Shown here: in pieces, positions 25,349-26,338 of the stretch
Position numbering within the stretch: the stretch's first letter is position 1
How the letters are laid out: each line of letters starts with the position of its first letter
Virus record (IMG/VR): IMGVR_UViG_3300043399_000013
Span: 1-26,338 of that record
DNA length: 26,338 bases
From: a virus
Taxonomy: Duplodnaviria > Caudoviricetes
Reading direction: 5' to 3' (one strand)
Notes under the pieces: model-generated
The model's input: the letters and a program-made list of their open reading frames with translations, nothing else
What the model was told of the DNA's origin: nothing
Databases searched by the model: none
Program-made: the position numbers and the translations under genes

Positions 25349-25842
25349 GCAACTTTCCACCACTCATTATATGAATCAGTATATCCTGATGGTGTTGAGT
25401 TCTTTCTATTGATTATATCGGTATGCTGACAGTTATATCCAGTATCTAAACATGCATATCCAGATGCACCATTTGGTCCAGTTCCATAGTTTAGGTACCC
25501 CTCACATGCCCCTGGCGTAGCATTAATCCAATCATGCTGATAACTGTTTACACTTTCAACATAAAACGTATATGCTTTTCTTTCTGCGGTGGCAGATGGA
25601 GAATTGTTTACACCCTTGGTTAATTTTGCAGTAACGATACAGATTGAATTTGCATTTGATAGGGTAATAATGTCAGCGGATCTTGTTGCTGTACCCGACG
25701 TTACAGAAAGATTATAAATTAATGTTGAATCATAGTTTGTAATTCTAAATTGACCAGTAGTTGTATGATGAGTAAGTGTTGGTTTTGCTGGTACCGCTCC
25801 AAGTCCAGCCCCTGCTGTAGCAAAAAAGGCTAACCTACTCAT
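25345..25842 (-). CDS. Hypothetical protein, probably fibre-associated
   Basis: 165 aa with ATGA overlaps at both ends; T-rich beta N-terminal half, Cys/Tyr-rich C-terminal half. Confidence 0.68.
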   Translation of the reverse strand: MSRLAFFATAGAGLGAVPAKPTLTHHTTTGQFRITNYDSTLIYNLSVTSGTATRSADIITLSNANSICIVTAKLTKGVNNSPSATAERKAYTFYVESVNSYQHDWINATPGACEGYLNYGTGPNGASGYACLDTGYNCQHTDIINRKNSTPSGYTDSYNEWWKVA

Positions 25843-26338
25843 GCTGTCAAATCACCCATAGCAAACCATGTATCTGTTGCTCTTTTAATTAGTGTTGCTG
25901 AAGACCATTGTGTTCTAAGTTTAAGTCCTGGAGTTCCATTAATTGTTACCCCACCAGATGGTGTAATTGTTGTTTGTCCTGCCCCCGTTTGAATGACAAT
26001 AATGCTAGTTCCAACTGGGAATGGTACTGAAGTATTTGTCGGAACCGTAAGCGTATTTCCTGATGCCACCCCCATTTCAACAATCTTGCTTTGGTCTGAT
26101 AAAACTAATACATAACTGGCTGTTCTTGCATTTGTATCAATTGTAGAAATTGGAAATGTAAGAGTCTTGTTCGTTAAAGTTTGAGTATCTGATATTGTGA
26201 CAACCTGTGCTGCCGCAGCATCTGTAGTTGAATACGAAAACAGTTTACCAGTCGAATCAACTCTTGCAACTGTCGCTGCACTTGTTTTCCATTCCTGAAG
26301 ATTTGCAGATTGACTTACTACACCCTGAATAACCAGAG
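25839..26338 (-). CDS. Tail fibre-like protein, C-terminal part (5' end outside window)
   Basis: Frame of track ORF 25839..26075 is open to the window edge: LVIQGVVSQSANLQEWKTS...TQTLTNKTL...ASYVLVLSDQSKIVEM...LIKRATDTWFAMGDLTA. Confidence 0.8.
   Translation of the reverse strand, partial: LVIQGVVSQSANLQEWKTSAATVARVDSTGKLFSYSTTDAAAAQVVTISDTQTLTNKTLTFPISTIDTNARTASYVLVLSDQSKIVEMGVASGNTLTVPTNTSVPFPVGTSIIVIQTGAGQTTITPSGGVTINGTPGLKLRTQWSSATLIKRATDTWFAMGDLTA

Larger units (their letters stand above)
1..26338 (-). mobile_element. Tailed bacteriophage (siphovirus-like) virion morphogenesis region; no host genes or prophage boundary visible
   Basis: Co-oriented portal, protease, capsid, head-tail, tail tube, chaperone and tape measure genes in canonical order. 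Dense packing with overlapping stop/start codons (TAATG at 9793, 15901, 24738; ATGA at 8647-8650, 25345-25348, 25839-25842). Confidence 0.97.

Noticed and set aside
1-26338. tRNA, rRNA, CRISPR array, integrase or att site
   Set aside because: None recognised by eye; intergenic gaps are short and accounted for by promoters and hairpins. tRNAscan/Infernal were not run.

Overview
The whole window is part of a large tailed-phage (siphovirus-type) genome, with every credible gene on the minus strand. Read right to left it encodes tail-fibre/virion accessory genes, a class II (B12-dependent) ribonucleotide reductase, a 1311-aa minor virion protein, a conserved small ORF, portal, a prohead protease-scaffold fusion, HK97-fold major capsid, head-tail joining genes, major tail tube, a -1 frameshifted tail assembly chaperone pair, and a tape measure protein (TMP). 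The TMP starts at 6574, runs off the left edge (>2190 aa) and is absent from the supplied ORF track because its stop codon is outside the window. Hand translation of the TMP gives the main finding. Between its two hydrophobic regions lies a ~1000-aa cargo region organised by two copies of a 50-aa module (39/50 identical) and five F-x-x-G junction motifs. It contains a putative R-S-ExE ADP-ribosyltransferase domain and one or two degenerate His-nuclease-like segments, suggesting a virion-injected, modular effector payload. Other notable structure: ten TAyAAT/TATACT -10 boxes (seven TGn-extended) mostly at gene junctions, three placed for leaderless mRNAs and four abutting hairpins, plus a nested in-frame scaffold start. 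Family assignments come from recalled motifs and synteny; no database search was run.
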